Part shown: one piece after another, positions 21,888-31,172 of the stretch
How the letters are laid out: every line of letters starts with the position of its first letter
Numbering within the stretch: position 1 is the stretch's first letter
Assembly (NCBI GenBank): GCA_965218435.1
Contig: CBDCKW010000009.1
Coordinates: 2,656,001 to 2,720,000, forward strand
Source: Truepera sp.
GTDB taxonomy: Bacteria; Deinococcota; Deinococci; Deinococcales; Trueperaceae
Direction of reading: 5' to 3'
DNA: 64,000 nucleotides
Notes under the pieces: generated by a model
What the model saw: the letters and a program-made list of their open reading frames with translations, nothing else
Databases searched by the model: none
Told to the model about the DNA's origin: nothing
Position numbers and translations under genes: made by a program

Positions 21888-22270
21888 AGCTTGCCTCTTT
21901 TTGCTGCTCTTTCCAGATTTTCCTTCGTCCTAAACGACACAATTCGTCTTATCAAGTCATAAGGGATCGGCTTGTCTAGCGGAAACTGCACCGAACCCTT
22001 AGCATTTTTGTAAGGGGCCAGTTCATCCCTGAAGGCTTGGACGCCCTCAGGCGTGGGGTAAAGCCCAAGGTGCGTTTTGAAAGCGGCAAAGTAAACAAGC
22101 GGCTTGCCCCTGAGCTTAAAGGTCGGGATTTGGTAGCTGATGGTTTCTTCGGCGTCCGGCGCGGCTTTTCTAATCGTCTGCCTCACTTTTGCTAAAATCT
22201 CCTGCACGTCTTCCGGGAAGGCTGCGATGTAGTCGTCTATGGTTTTGGGAATGGCTGCAGTTGATTGCAT
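21884..22270 (-). CDS. DUF1801 (YdhG-like) protein
   Basis: TIDDYI, APDAEETISYQIPTF and KGSVQFPLDKPIP; start reassigned to ATG 22270. Confidence 0.85.
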   Translation of the reverse strand: MQSTAAIPKTIDDYIAAFPEDVQEILAKVRQTIRKAAPDAEETISYQIPTFKLRGKPLVYFAAFKTHLGLYPTPEGVQAFRDELAPYKNAKGSVQFPLDKPIPYDLIRRIVSFRTKENLERAAKRGKL

Positions 22271-22280
22271 AAATTTCCCT

Positions 22281-22826
22281 TTACAACGCGCTGATGTCTC
22301 GAGCCACTTCAGCCAGGTCATTCTCAAACTGGTGTTCACGATCCTCGAACTCGCAAAATGTTGCTTGCGGAAGTTTTTCCCGGTACAGCTCGAGGTGTGT
22401 AAATGGCACGATGTCGTCATCGCGGCTGTGATAGAAAAACAGCGGCAAATCTTTTGGGAGGCTAGGGGCAAAACTTTCGCGCAGTGCATATTCAGCTTGC
22501 CAATCCTCAGCACTCCAGTAAGGCGTTGCGATAAGAAACAATCCCGCGATAGGTTTTGCTACTTCTTCTTCAGACAAATACTTGAGCAGCACCGAAGCAC
22601 CGAATGAATGTCCGACGAGAATGGTTGTGTCACCTTTCATGGTTGAAAGTTCTTCGCCAATCTTCTTTTTCCACGCCTCGTAGCCAAAACTATCATCATT
22701 AGGCATTCTTGGATACGTCACTTCATACCGGGTTCCTAACGTATCACGCAGATTTACTACCAATTTCTCATCTTCTTCGTAGGCTTCTTGTCCGGCGCCT
22801 TGAATAAACAGCACTTGTTTTTTCAT
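22281..22826 (-). CDS. Alpha/beta hydrolase (YdeN/RBBP9-like)
   Basis: GHSFG nucleophile elbow, HSRDDDIVP and C-terminal His. Confidence 0.85.
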   Translation of the reverse strand: MKKQVLFIQGAGQEAYEEDEKLVVNLRDTLGTRYEVTYPRMPNDDSFGYEAWKKKIGEELSTMKGDTTILVGHSFGASVLLKYLSEEEVAKPIAGLFLIATPYWSAEDWQAEYALRESFAPSLPKDLPLFFYHSRDDDIVPFTHLELYREKLPQATFCEFEDREHQFENDLAEVARDISAL

Positions 22827-22904
22827 AAATCTCTATCCCTCTTTAACCCTGGTCATCTTTGACGCGTACCCGCCCCAACCGGATACACCCAAGCTCCGGC
22901 GTTG
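22807..22904 (-). repeat. Junction repeat, copy 2 (remnant 3' end of the DUF1579-like gene plus start of the hydrolase)
   Basis: ~98 bp, similar to 23712-23810 (roughly 85-90% by eye). Confidence 0.85.
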
Positions 22905-22934
22905 TTATAACATCCAGCCACTTCTCAACCTCCA

Positions 22935-23609
22935 TCAGGGCGTAAACCGTTTCCAATGGCCTTCGGAGACAACCTCAACATCACCATCGACCACTTTGAT
23001 GGCGGTCTCATCGTCAATCGCGTACGCTGGCACCGACACCCCGGCCGCCCATTTCTCCGCGTTGGCCACCGTGTTGTGTGGCAGCATCGGGTGTTCCAGG
23101 TGCGGGTAGATGGAGAAATCAACCAGGCCGAGCGTCTCGTCGCCGCCGGTGGGCGGGGTCCACTCGACGAAAAATTCCCCGATCCTGGGCGTCATCACCA
23201 TGCTCCCGGCGCTGAGCCCCACCCAGACCGTCTCGCGCAGCGACGGCAAAAGGTCTGCCAGTCCGGACTGCCGCATCCAGTAGCACAAATACAGAGCATC
23301 GCCGCCAGCCGCCAGCAGGACATCCGTCTCCTGAACCAGAGGAACCCAGCGTGCTTCGTCAATGCTGGGCAGTGCGGTGAGCTCCAGCACACCCAAGGAC
23401 TGCCAACCCAGTTCACACATGGGGGTTTCGGGTTCTCGTCCACTGATGAACTGCCATACCCCCGCTCCTGGACCGACTTGAGGATGCCCGTACATTGCCG
23501 TAGGAATGCAGAGGGCGCTAGCCTCGGCAATCGGTTTGCCCAGGAGTTCGACCAGCGCGTCGTGGATGCTGGTGTTTTTGATACCAGCCGAGGTGAGCAG
23601 AAATTTCAT
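22935..23609 (-). CDS. Peptidase E / S51 family (class I glutamine amidotransferase-like)
   Basis: LLTSAGI, GGDALYL, GLSAGSM and AYAIDD motifs. Confidence 0.85.
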   Translation of the reverse strand: MKFLLTSAGIKNTSIHDALVELLGKPIAEASALCIPTAMYGHPQVGPGAGVWQFISGREPETPMCELGWQSLGVLELTALPSIDEARWVPLVQETDVLLAAGGDALYLCYWMRQSGLADLLPSLRETVWVGLSAGSMVMTPRIGEFFVEWTPPTGGDETLGLVDFSIYPHLEHPMLPHNTVANAEKWAAGVSVPAYAIDDETAIKVVDGDVEVVSEGHWKRFTP

Positions 23610-23711
23610 GATACCTCTCCTTGCCAATTTCGTGGGAGCCGAAAAGTTTTTCTCATCCCTTGATTTGAGACTGAAGCAGCACTAGCCCAGAACGTAATGA
23701 CTGCGTTTCTT

Positions 23712-23810
23712 AACAGCACTTGTTTTTTCACAAATTTCTACCCCTCTTCAATCCTGGTCATCGTTGACGCGTACCCACCCCCACTCGGATATACCCAGGC
23801 TCCGGCGTTG
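23712..23810 (-). repeat. Junction repeat, copy 1 (3' end of the DUF1579-like gene plus a 7-codon stub of the hydrolase start)
   Basis: GTG AAA AAA CAA GTG CTG TTA stub matches MKKQVL of 22281..22826. Confidence 0.85.
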
Positions 23811-24193
23811 GTGTTGCCGTCGTCGCGCCACTTGCCCCGGTAACGAGCAGGCGAACCCTTTTCACCCGCCCAAATAGTAAGGGTATCGTCATTCACTTCG
23901 TACACGTACTCGAAGGTGTTGCCCGCGTTGTCGTAGATACGCGATTTGATGTCTTGGCTCGGCTCCGCCCCGAAGCCCTTTTCGTAACCGATCAGCTCGA
24001 GCCCCTTGACCTTATGCCCGCTATGGATGAAGTCAAAGTGTTGCACCAGAAAGAAGCCACCCTCGAGCCACTCGTACCTGACCTGTCCCGCGATATCCGG
24101 GCCGGAGACGTTCCAGGTTCCTATTAGTTTCTCGAGGCTTTTGAGACCGGGATAGCGTTCTGGTTGCTGTGCCGTTTTACCCGCATCTGACAT
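23738..24193 (-). CDS. DUF1579-like beta-barrel hypothetical protein
   Basis: LIGTW, YEWLEGGFFL and GAWVYPSGGGY; start ATG 24193. Confidence 0.65.
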   Translation of the reverse strand: MSDAGKTAQQPERYPGLKSLEKLIGTWNVSGPDIAGQVRYEWLEGGFFLVQHFDFIHSGHKVKGLELIGYEKGFGAEPSQDIKSRIYDNAGNTFEYVYEVNDDTLTIWAGEKGSPARYRGKWRDDGNTNAGAWVYPSGGGYASTMTRIEEG

Positions 24194-24206
24194 GAGGTTG
24201 CCTCCT

Positions 24207-25076
24207 CTAGCCTTGCTCATAGGCACGCCGCAGGGCGTCCCCATCGATCTTTTTCATCCCCATCAGCGCCTCGGTGACTTGGGCCGCCCTTTGACGGTCG
24301 GGGTCAGCCATCAGCTTGAGTGCTCCTATCGGCACGATCTGCCACGACACGCCGTATTTGTCCTTGAGCCAGCCGCACTGACTCTCTTTACCCTCTGCGG
24401 TAAATTCGTCCCACAGCGCGTCAACTTCGGCCTGCGTCTCACAATTGACAAACAGCGAGACGGCTTCGGTAAACCCGAACTCGTGCTTTTCGGCGCTGTC
24501 CATTGCGATAAAGGTCTGACCGGCGAGAGTGAACTGAGCGTAGTCAACATTCGCCGACTCAGGATTTTTCATCATCTGGTTGAGGCTCGAGTCTTCAAAG
24601 AGCGAGCTATAAAGCCCAATAGCTTCCTCTGCCTTGCCACACTGTTCCCCGACGAAAAGTAGAAACGGGGTGATGGTTTGAGCACTGCTCCCATCCACAC
24701 CGATTTGCCACGAAACCCCGTACTTGTCGTTCAGCCAGCCGTATTTTTCGCTCCAGTCGTACTTCTGAAAGGGCATCAGCACCGTGCCGCCTTCAACAAG
24801 TTTTTCCCACAAGGCGTTCACTTCAGCGACTGTCTCTAAGGTCACAAAAAACGAAATTGCCGGTGTAAAGCTGAACTCCGGGCCACCGTTTAAGGCGATG
24901 AAGTTTTGGTTCTCGAGCGTAAAATTTACCGTCATTACGCTGCCGCTGCGTTCTGGGTGTGTTTCGCCGTAACGCGCCGTACTCGTAACTTCGGAGTTTT
25001 TGAACAGCGAGGTGTAGAAAGTGACGGCTTCTTCAGCCTGAGTGTCAAACCATAAGAACGGGACGATTTTTTGCAC
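24207..25076 (-). CDS. Tandem PhnB / 3-demethylubiquinone-9 MTase-like VOC protein
   Basis: Two repeats: PFLWF..AEEA..FY, ALNGGP, GWLNDKYGVSWQ and GWLKDKYGVSWQ. Confidence 0.9.
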   Translation of the reverse strand: MQKIVPFLWFDTQAEEAVTFYTSLFKNSEVTSTARYGETHPERSGSVMTVNFTLENQNFIALNGGPEFSFTPAISFFVTLETVAEVNALWEKLVEGGTVLMPFQKYDWSEKYGWLNDKYGVSWQIGVDGSSAQTITPFLLFVGEQCGKAEEAIGLYSSLFEDSSLNQMMKNPESANVDYAQFTLAGQTFIAMDSAEKHEFGFTEAVSLFVNCETQAEVDALWDEFTAEGKESQCGWLKDKYGVSWQIVPIGALKLMADPDRQRAAQVTEALMGMKKIDGDALRRAYEQG

Positions 25077-25100
25077 GAAGGTCTCCTTTTTTGGCTATGG

Positions 25101-26351
25101 TTAATAACGGATACTCGGATGTTTCGAGTGCCACTGGGTTGCTTGTTGAAAGGTATGTGCCCTAGCTAAAACACCGTTCTCATTCCCCTTTGCGCCGACA
25201 ATTTGCAAGCCTAACGGCAAGCCGTTTTGACTGAGGCCACAGGGGATACTTATGGCGGGCAAGCCGTAGTAATTGGCGAAAAACGTATTATCTGGAGAAA
25301 CCGCCAGTGGCCCCGCCGCTTTAGCCTCTCCAATCGTTGGCGTCACAGCCGTCGTGGTAGACAAGACTAAAACGTCAATCTCCTCAAATAGGCTTTGCGA
25401 AATGGTTTCACGGTCTTGTTCTATGGTTTCGCTGTTAGAGGAGGCAGTGTCAAAAGGGGCATCAAGCTCTTTGGCTGTATATCCTAAAGACTGAAAGGTT
25501 TCGACAGCCTTTTGAAAAGCTTCTCTTACCTCATCCGTCGCCTTGAAATTCTTGACCACACCGATAGTGGGTTTGTTCACCTCGTCAAAAGCCGAACGAT
25601 AATCGGTTTTGAGGTCGCTTTGACTCACTTCGGGATGGGCAAGCGCGTTTAACAGGATGGCGGCATCTTCAACCACACGGCATTGAAAACCGGTATGAGA
25701 AAGACGAAGGATTGTTTCATCAGTTTCCTCTCCCTCGAGAACCCCTTTGGTGCTGAGTAAGCCGTAGGTCGCTTTGAACCCCGTGACACCGCAACAGGCT
25801 GCGGGTAAGCGACAAGAGCCGACGGCGTCCGTGTCAACCGTTGCAAAACACAACCCCGCAGCGACGGCTGCCGCCGATCCTCCTGAAGAGCCACCCGCCA
25901 CATATGCCTGGTTCCAAGGATTATGCACAGCTCCAAAATGACTGTCAACCGAGGTTGTGCCCATCCCCAGCTCGTGCATGTTCGTCTTGCCAAGCAGAAT
26001 GGCTCCCGCCATTTTTAACTTTGTGATAACCTCGGCGTCTTTACTTGGCACACGATTCTCAAAATGTTTAGAGGCTGCTGTTGTTTTAATACCTGCCGTA
26101 TCAAAGAAATCTTTGACGGCAACGGGAATACCGTGCAACGAACCTTTCCAGTTGCCGCCGTTGATGTCTCGCTCAGCGTCTTTGGCTTCTTGCAACGCCT
26201 GCTCAGCTGTGACCGTAATAAAGGCGTTGAGTGCTGGATTTAGGTATTCAATTCTTTCGAGGCAGTCTGTAACAAGCTCTACGGGTGATACTTTCTCTTG
26301 TCTTAGCAGTTCGCTTACTTCTGTGATACTTGAATACTGATGGTTAGTCAT
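25101..26351 (-). CDS. Amidase signature family protein
   Basis: LHGIPVAVKD, GKTNMHE, GGSSGGSAAAV and DAVGSCRLPA motifs. Confidence 0.9.
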   Translation of the reverse strand: MTNHQYSSITEVSELLRQEKVSPVELVTDCLERIEYLNPALNAFITVTAEQALQEAKDAERDINGGNWKGSLHGIPVAVKDFFDTAGIKTTAASKHFENRVPSKDAEVITKLKMAGAILLGKTNMHELGMGTTSVDSHFGAVHNPWNQAYVAGGSSGGSAAAVAAGLCFATVDTDAVGSCRLPAACCGVTGFKATYGLLSTKGVLEGEETDETILRLSHTGFQCRVVEDAAILLNALAHPEVSQSDLKTDYRSAFDEVNKPTIGVVKNFKATDEVREAFQKAVETFQSLGYTAKELDAPFDTASSNSETIEQDRETISQSLFEEIDVLVLSTTTAVTPTIGEAKAAGPLAVSPDNTFFANYYGLPAISIPCGLSQNGLPLGLQIVGAKGNENGVLARAHTFQQATQWHSKHPSIRY

Positions 26352-26363
26352 CGTGATGTCTCC

Positions 26364-26432
26364 TCATTTAATTACACGAAACTTGAGGTGGGTGACGCCT
26401 TCGGACTCGAGTATCTATGCACTTTCCAGTTC
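26364..26432 (-). pseudogene. Remnant 3' end of a DHFR/RibD-C gene
   Basis: Reads ELESA*ILESEGVTHLKFRVIK*, similar to the C-terminus VLESPSVTHLRFRVVKEK of 26917..27447. Confidence 0.7.
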
Positions 26433-26441
26433 AAAGCAATT

Positions 26442-26897
26442 TTAGAATTCATTATCTGAGTCAGCGTCTTTTGGTGTTGCAATCAGCTCACCCTGACCTT
26501 TCTCTATGTCTGCCACGAAACCGCCCCAGCCACCGCTTGCCTCTTCCCTTACAGGAGAGGTAATGACAAGCAGCTGCACAGGTTCTTGGTTTTGTATCGT
26601 GTAACCGTGCTCGATACCGCGCGGCAAAAAGATAAAGCCACCTTTCTTTAGGTCAAAGGTCTCGGTACCACATCGAAACGTAAGGACGCCCTCGAGCACG
26701 TAGAACATCTCGTCTTCGCTGTTATGCGTGTGGTCAGGTGGCTCCTCACCTTTTCTCGTAAGGTACTCCAAGACGGCGGAGCCGCTGCCCGCTTGCACCT
26801 CGCCTGCTTTTACAGTGAAGTCAATCCCGAACCTGTACGTCCAGCCCTCACCCGCCTTGAGTGCATAGGAATGAGTCCGACTGTCAAGTCGATTCAT
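26442..26897 (-). CDS. Cupin domain protein (quercetinase-like motif)
   Basis: PPDHTHNSEDEMFYVLEG and LPRGIEHGY motifs. Confidence 0.85.
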   Translation of the reverse strand: MNRLDSRTHSYALKAGEGWTYRFGIDFTVKAGEVQAGSGSAVLEYLTRKGEEPPDHTHNSEDEMFYVLEGVLTFRCGTETFDLKKGGFIFLPRGIEHGYTIQNQEPVQLLVITSPVREEASGGWGGFVADIEKGQGELIATPKDADSDNEF

Positions 26898-26916
26898 GCC
26901 TTTCTCCTTTCCCATA

Positions 26917-27447
26917 TCATTTCTCCTTCACAACGCGGAACCTGAGATGCGTTACGCTAGGGGACTCGAGTACCCTTACCTTCTCGAGTTGGGCCTCCAC
27001 TCCCGACTCGAACAAACGAAGCCCGCCGCCGAACAGCACCGGAACGAGGTGAAGCTGCACTTCGTCAACGAGACCGGCTTTGAGATATTGCTGCGCTATG
27101 TCCGCGCCACCTGCGATGCAAACGTCTCTGTCCCCGGCAGCGTCTTTCGCTCTCTCTAAAGCACTTTCGATGCCGTCGGTAACAAAGATGAACTGTGCAC
27201 CGCTATTCTCTATGCTTTCTCTGGCTTCATGGGAGAGCACAAAATGCGGCACCTTGTAAGGCGTATCGAAACCCTCTGCTTCTCGTGAGCCGCCAAAGGC
27301 ACGTTTACCCATGACCATCGCGCCAATGTTCTGTAACAGCTCGTCAAGAATTTGAGGCCCGTCACCCGAGGGCGAAAAGTACCAGTCGTGCAGCCCGCCG
27401 TCCTCACCGTTCGGCCCGTTGACAAAACCGTCGAGCGATACAGCCAT
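26917..27447 (-). CDS. DHFR/RibD C-terminal family protein, N-terminus possibly eroded
   Basis: SLDGF, VMGKR, AGGA, VDEVQLH and PVLFGGG motifs. Confidence 0.85.
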   Translation of the reverse strand: MAVSLDGFVNGPNGEDGGLHDWYFSPSGDGPQILDELLQNIGAMVMGKRAFGGSREAEGFDTPYKVPHFVLSHEARESIENSGAQFIFVTDGIESALERAKDAAGDRDVCIAGGADIAQQYLKAGLVDEVQLHLVPVLFGGGLRLFESGVEAQLEKVRVLESPSVTHLRFRVVKEK

Positions 27448-27457
27448 ATCTAAACCT

Positions 27458-27913
27458 TTACGCGTTGAACTGTTTGAAATGATGATCTACGTGAAGGTAC
27501 TGTAACCGCGCCCACTCGTTGGGGGTTAGGCGGCCAAAGAAGGGGTGAGGCTGCCGTGTGATGCCTGCTTCTCCTACTTCCACAAATTGCTCGAGTTCAC
27601 GCACCAATCTTTCTTTTTCCCTCTGAAACTCTCGCAGGTCAGAAATCTTGACACTAGGGGCAGTAGGTGTGTTTTTAGATAGACCCTTTGATAAGACTCT
27701 TCGCTTAGCAGTAGGGCCAAAAACACGCCCCATCAACATTTGGCCAACTTTCTTATTACTCAATGCCAGCTCGAGATTCGCCGTGACATGCGCCAGCATC
27801 TGGGCAACGTCCATTTTCCCCCAGAGGGCTTGGCTGTCTGGCGAAAGTTTTTCTAAACGCTCGAGTAAATCCTTATATGCCTGTGGTTGAAGTAAATGGA
27901 GTTCGTATATCAA
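27458..27913 (-). CDS. DUF1569 (DinB-like) protein
   Basis: WGKMDVAQMLAH, HPFFGRLT and HVDHHFKQF; probable TTG start at 27913 after GGAAGGTGG. Confidence 0.8.
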   Translation of the reverse strand: MIYELHLLQPQAYKDLLERLEKLSPDSQALWGKMDVAQMLAHVTANLELALSNKKVGQMLMGRVFGPTAKRRVLSKGLSKNTPTAPSVKISDLREFQREKERLVRELEQFVEVGEAGITRQPHPFFGRLTPNEWARLQYLHVDHHFKQFNA

Positions 27914-27999
27914 ACAACACCACCTTCCTATGCGGTATTGCAGAAATGACAAGGTGTCACGTTCAAATACTTGAGCACTCCGGTTTCTGACTCGCTTTT

Positions 28000-28425
28000 T
28001 CAGCGCTCGAGCATGACTTTCGACGTTTCAAAGTCGGCGGGTGCCGAGCTGTGTTCATAGACGATTTTCCATGTACCGTCTTTTTGCCTCAGCACGACTG
28101 TTACGCGGTTTCGCATTGCCCGTAACGCTTCACCCTTAGCGGATAAACCCCGGTAGGTTACAAATGCATGGGCGACCACGACATCTCGAGCTGACGTTGT
28201 TTGTACCTCAGCAAAGTCAACCGCAACCCGTTCAGTACCCAGCGAGTCGAACCAGTTTGTGACCATGCCGCGCCACGCTTCAGCACCGTCGTACGACCAG
28301 CGGCCCCACATGTCGAAAACGCGCACATCTTGGTCGTAAAGGGCAACGAACGCCTCAACGTCTTTGGCATATACGGCGGCTTTATAGGCGTCTAAAATCT
28401 GTGTGATGGGCTCGAGTTCACTCAT
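28000..28425 (-). CDS. SnoaL/NTF2-like (YybH) protein
   Basis: AKDVEAFVALYDQDVRVFD and WKIVYEHSSAP motifs. Confidence 0.82.
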   Translation of the reverse strand: MSELEPITQILDAYKAAVYAKDVEAFVALYDQDVRVFDMWGRWSYDGAEAWRGMVTNWFDSLGTERVAVDFAEVQTTSARDVVVAHAFVTYRGLSAKGEALRAMRNRVTVVLRQKDGTWKIVYEHSSAPADFETSKVMLER

Positions 28426-29015
28426 TCCAACCTATTTTCCCGAACCTGCTTGTAGATGGCTATCACCACGCCCGTGCCGGTCGTGACGCTCTCGACAAGA
28501 TGAAAAGACGCTTGCACGCCGCCCCCGAACAGCCGTCGTCCGCTGCCCAGCACCACAGGCGCAATCATCAGAAAGTACTCATCAATCACCTTAGCGGCCA
28601 TTAGGGAGCCGATCAGCACACCGCTCCCCATGATTACAAGGTTTCTGTTAGAACTTCGTTTGAAGTCCGCTACAGCAGCTGGAACGTCACCATGCAGTAG
28701 GGTCGAGTTCGGCCACTCGAGACTCATCGCGGCGTCCCTCGAGGCGACGAACTTTTGGGTGTTGTTGAGCGCATCCTTAAATGGGCCGCCTTGGGCGTTC
28801 CAGGCAGCAAGCAAATCCTCGTAGGTGCGCCGCCCGAAGAGCCACGCAAAATCCTCTCCCATCCGCTCGCCCATCTTGGCACCCGTCGTCTCGTCGCCAT
28901 ACGGGAGTGCCCAGCCGCCCTTTCCAAAGCCGTCCCGAGTGTCCTCATCCGGACGGCCCGGCCCTTGCATCACACCGTCAAGCGTTAGCCAGTTCACTAC
29001 GATGACGTTTCCCAT
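28422..29015 (-). CDS. DHFR/RibD C-terminal family protein
   Basis: TLDGVMQGPG, LFGRRTYE, MGSG, IDEY and PVVLGSGRRLF motifs. Confidence 0.88.
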   Translation of the reverse strand: MGNVIVVNWLTLDGVMQGPGRPDEDTRDGFGKGGWALPYGDETTGAKMGERMGEDFAWLFGRRTYEDLLAAWNAQGGPFKDALNNTQKFVASRDAAMSLEWPNSTLLHGDVPAAVADFKRSSNRNLVIMGSGVLIGSLMAAKVIDEYFLMIAPVVLGSGRRLFGGGVQASFHLVESVTTGTGVVIAIYKQVRENRLE

Positions 29016-29047
29016 AGAAAGCCTCCTTTGATTTGCTGAGTGACAAA

Positions 29048-29578
29048 TTACGTTATACGGAGTTGTTGGCGGGTATTGTCCAAAACCGGGGCTTCGTCCG
29101 CGCTCGAGCCGTAAATCCCGGGCACCGACGCCCCGACCAGCCGCAGGTAGACGGTCAGCTGCCCCCGGTGGTGATACCAGTGATTGAACAAAATCGAGCG
29201 CAGCAAGGCGCTCCTGGGCATCACCGCGACTTCGTGACCGTCACTCACCATCCTCCAGGGCGTCGCTAACGCTGCGTCGTCCATGTTGCTGAGGAGCGTT
29301 TTGGCTTTTGCGAGACTGTGCTCGAGAGCCTCCAGCACCTCGGCCAAACTCGTCGCACTCGGCCTCGGCACCTCAGTATTTACGTCGAAGGTCTCTTGCA
29401 CCGAAAGCTCGGCAATCGCGCCGGGTAGGGTGGCAAGGTGCATAGAAAGTTGACCCAGGCTCATCGACTTGTTGTGCGGTTTCCAGCTCAGTTTGTTCTC
29501 GGGCACACGCTCCAAGACCCGCCGCGTCGCCTGTGCTTTTCCGTCCAACTCCTGAAGAAACGCTTCAATCATCGTCAC
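29048..29578 (-). CDS. DinB family protein
   Basis: WKPHNKSMSLGQL and NHWYHHRGQLTVYLR motifs. Confidence 0.88.
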   Translation of the reverse strand: MTMIEAFLQELDGKAQATRRVLERVPENKLSWKPHNKSMSLGQLSMHLATLPGAIAELSVQETFDVNTEVPRPSATSLAEVLEALEHSLAKAKTLLSNMDDAALATPWRMVSDGHEVAVMPRSALLRSILFNHWYHHRGQLTVYLRLVGASVPGIYGSSADEAPVLDNTRQQLRIT

Positions 29579-29584
29579 CGCAAA

Positions 29585-30256
29585 CTACCCTTCCTGCCGA
29601 CCAAGCGGCGTCAGGTCGAGAAACTGCGGCCCCGAAACGAGCAACTCAACCCCCCTGGCAAAGGTCGCGTAGGTGTGGTAGATCTCCTCACCATCACGTA
29701 AAAACACGCTGTACCCCGGAATCTCACCTTTACCGCCCGACCCAAGTCCAGCCCGTTCCAGTTCCTCTTTGTTGCGGTAGTTGACCATCAGCGGCGCAAC
29801 GGCTTCGTCCACGGTGGCGTAAAAGTCGTAGTTGAAATCGTTCCCGTAAGACGACACCCACGGCAGCGTCCAGCCCTTACGCGCTTTCCACGCCTCGAGC
29901 TTTTCTAGCGGTGCGCGGGAGACCATCACAAACGAGGTGTCTTTATCGTGCAGGTGCGTGATGTCACCGAAGTCATCTGCAGCGTAGGAGCAACTCGAGC
30001 AGCCCTCGTCCCACTCGGGGTCGAACATAAAGTGCTGGATGACGAGCTGACGGCGACCGTCGAACAGCCCTAGCAGCGTCGCCTTGCCTTCAGGACTGTC
30101 GAAGGTGTATGTTTTTTCAACTTTGACCATCGGCAACGCTTGGCGTTCGGCACGGAGCGCATCGCGGGCCCAGGTCAGTTCTTTTTCTTTGACGAGGAGT
30201 TTTCTGCGAGCCTCGAGCCACGCGTCTCGAGACATAACCGTCGGGAGTTTGCTCAT
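29585..30256 (-). CDS. DUF899 thioredoxin-like protein
   Basis: LFDGRRQL..HFMF, GCSSCS, VSRAP and LDLTPLGRQE motifs. Confidence 0.88.
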   Translation of the reverse strand: MSKLPTVMSRDAWLEARRKLLVKEKELTWARDALRAERQALPMVKVEKTYTFDSPEGKATLLGLFDGRRQLVIQHFMFDPEWDEGCSSCSYAADDFGDITHLHDKDTSFVMVSRAPLEKLEAWKARKGWTLPWVSSYGNDFNYDFYATVDEAVAPLMVNYRNKEELERAGLGSGGKGEIPGYSVFLRDGEEIYHTYATFARGVELLVSGPQFLDLTPLGRQEG

Positions 30257-30296
30257 GATTCTTGCTCCTCAAAAACCTTGCTTATGCAGTTAAAGT

Positions 30297-30683
30297 TTAG
30301 GCGGGTCCAGCGACTCCAATCAAATTGCCCTCAAGGTCTATGAAATGACCGACAACTACACCTCCCTTTGGGTTTTTAGCCGGTCCCATTACCCGTGTCC
30401 CACCAAGGCTCTCAGCCTTTTGGAGCGCGGCCTCAACATCAGGAACACCAACGTAGAAAATGGCGTGGGCCTCGTAATCCTCACCTCCGCCAATGCCGCC
30501 GGGAATCCCAGTTCCATCGCTAGTTATGTAACGGTTGATAAAGCCATAATTGCCTGTTTGAGAGACCTCTTCTGCAACAGGCGCTTCCGTGTCGAACTCC
30601 CATTCAAAAAGCTCGCCGAAGAAAGCTCGAAGCTTTTTGGGATTTTTTCCAATGACCTCAAAGTGTACAACTGGATTTCCCAT
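30297..30683 (-). CDS. VOC/glyoxalase family protein
   Basis: MGNPVVHFEV, GGIGG, FYVGVPDVEAAL and DLEGNLIG motifs. Confidence 0.85.
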   Translation of the reverse strand: MGNPVVHFEVIGKNPKKLRAFFGELFEWEFDTEAPVAEEVSQTGNYGFINRYITSDGTGIPGGIGGGEDYEAHAIFYVGVPDVEAALQKAESLGGTRVMGPAKNPKGGVVVGHFIDLEGNLIGVAGPA

Positions 30684-30720
30684 AGTTGTCTCCTCCATTG
30701 CTCTTAGCTCGGTTAAAGCC

Positions 30721-31110
30721 TCAGGCATACCGCGCTGGTTTTCGCGCAGGTAGCGGTTTAACCCGCCAGCGCAGATACGCCACAAAGCTCGCCATGATAA
30801 ATAGAACAACTGTGGTCAGGGCACTCGAGATTTCGCCTCTGCTGAAGTGAAAGATAGATGCACTTAGGGTCACCACCATGATGCCTAAAGCGGCGAGCGG
30901 CGTCAGCCAGGGCAGGATGCGCGTCACCCCGGGCAAGATGAGGCCGACCCCGGCGAGCAGTTCGGCGACGCCTAAAAAGAGGCGGAAGAGAAGCCCGAAC
31001 TGTTCATCTAACAGCGCCACGAACTGCGGCGGTGGAAAGAGGAAAAACCAGCTGTGATAGAGAAACTGAGCGGCCAAGAGAGCTTGTAAAATCCAGAGAA
31101 CGATGTTCAT
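30721..31110 (-). CDS. DoxX-like membrane protein
   Basis: LWILQALLA and GVAELLAGVGLILP..LTPLAA; four TM segments. Confidence 0.8.
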   Translation of the reverse strand: MNIVLWILQALLAAQFLYHSWFFLFPPPQFVALLDEQFGLLFRLFLGVAELLAGVGLILPGVTRILPWLTPLAALGIMVVTLSASIFHFSRGEISSALTTVVLFIMASFVAYLRWRVKPLPARKPARYA

Positions 31111-31172
31111 ATTTCCTCCTGAATAACTCAATCTAGTGATGCTTCTAGCATTGGGTCTAGGGTACGTTCGGG

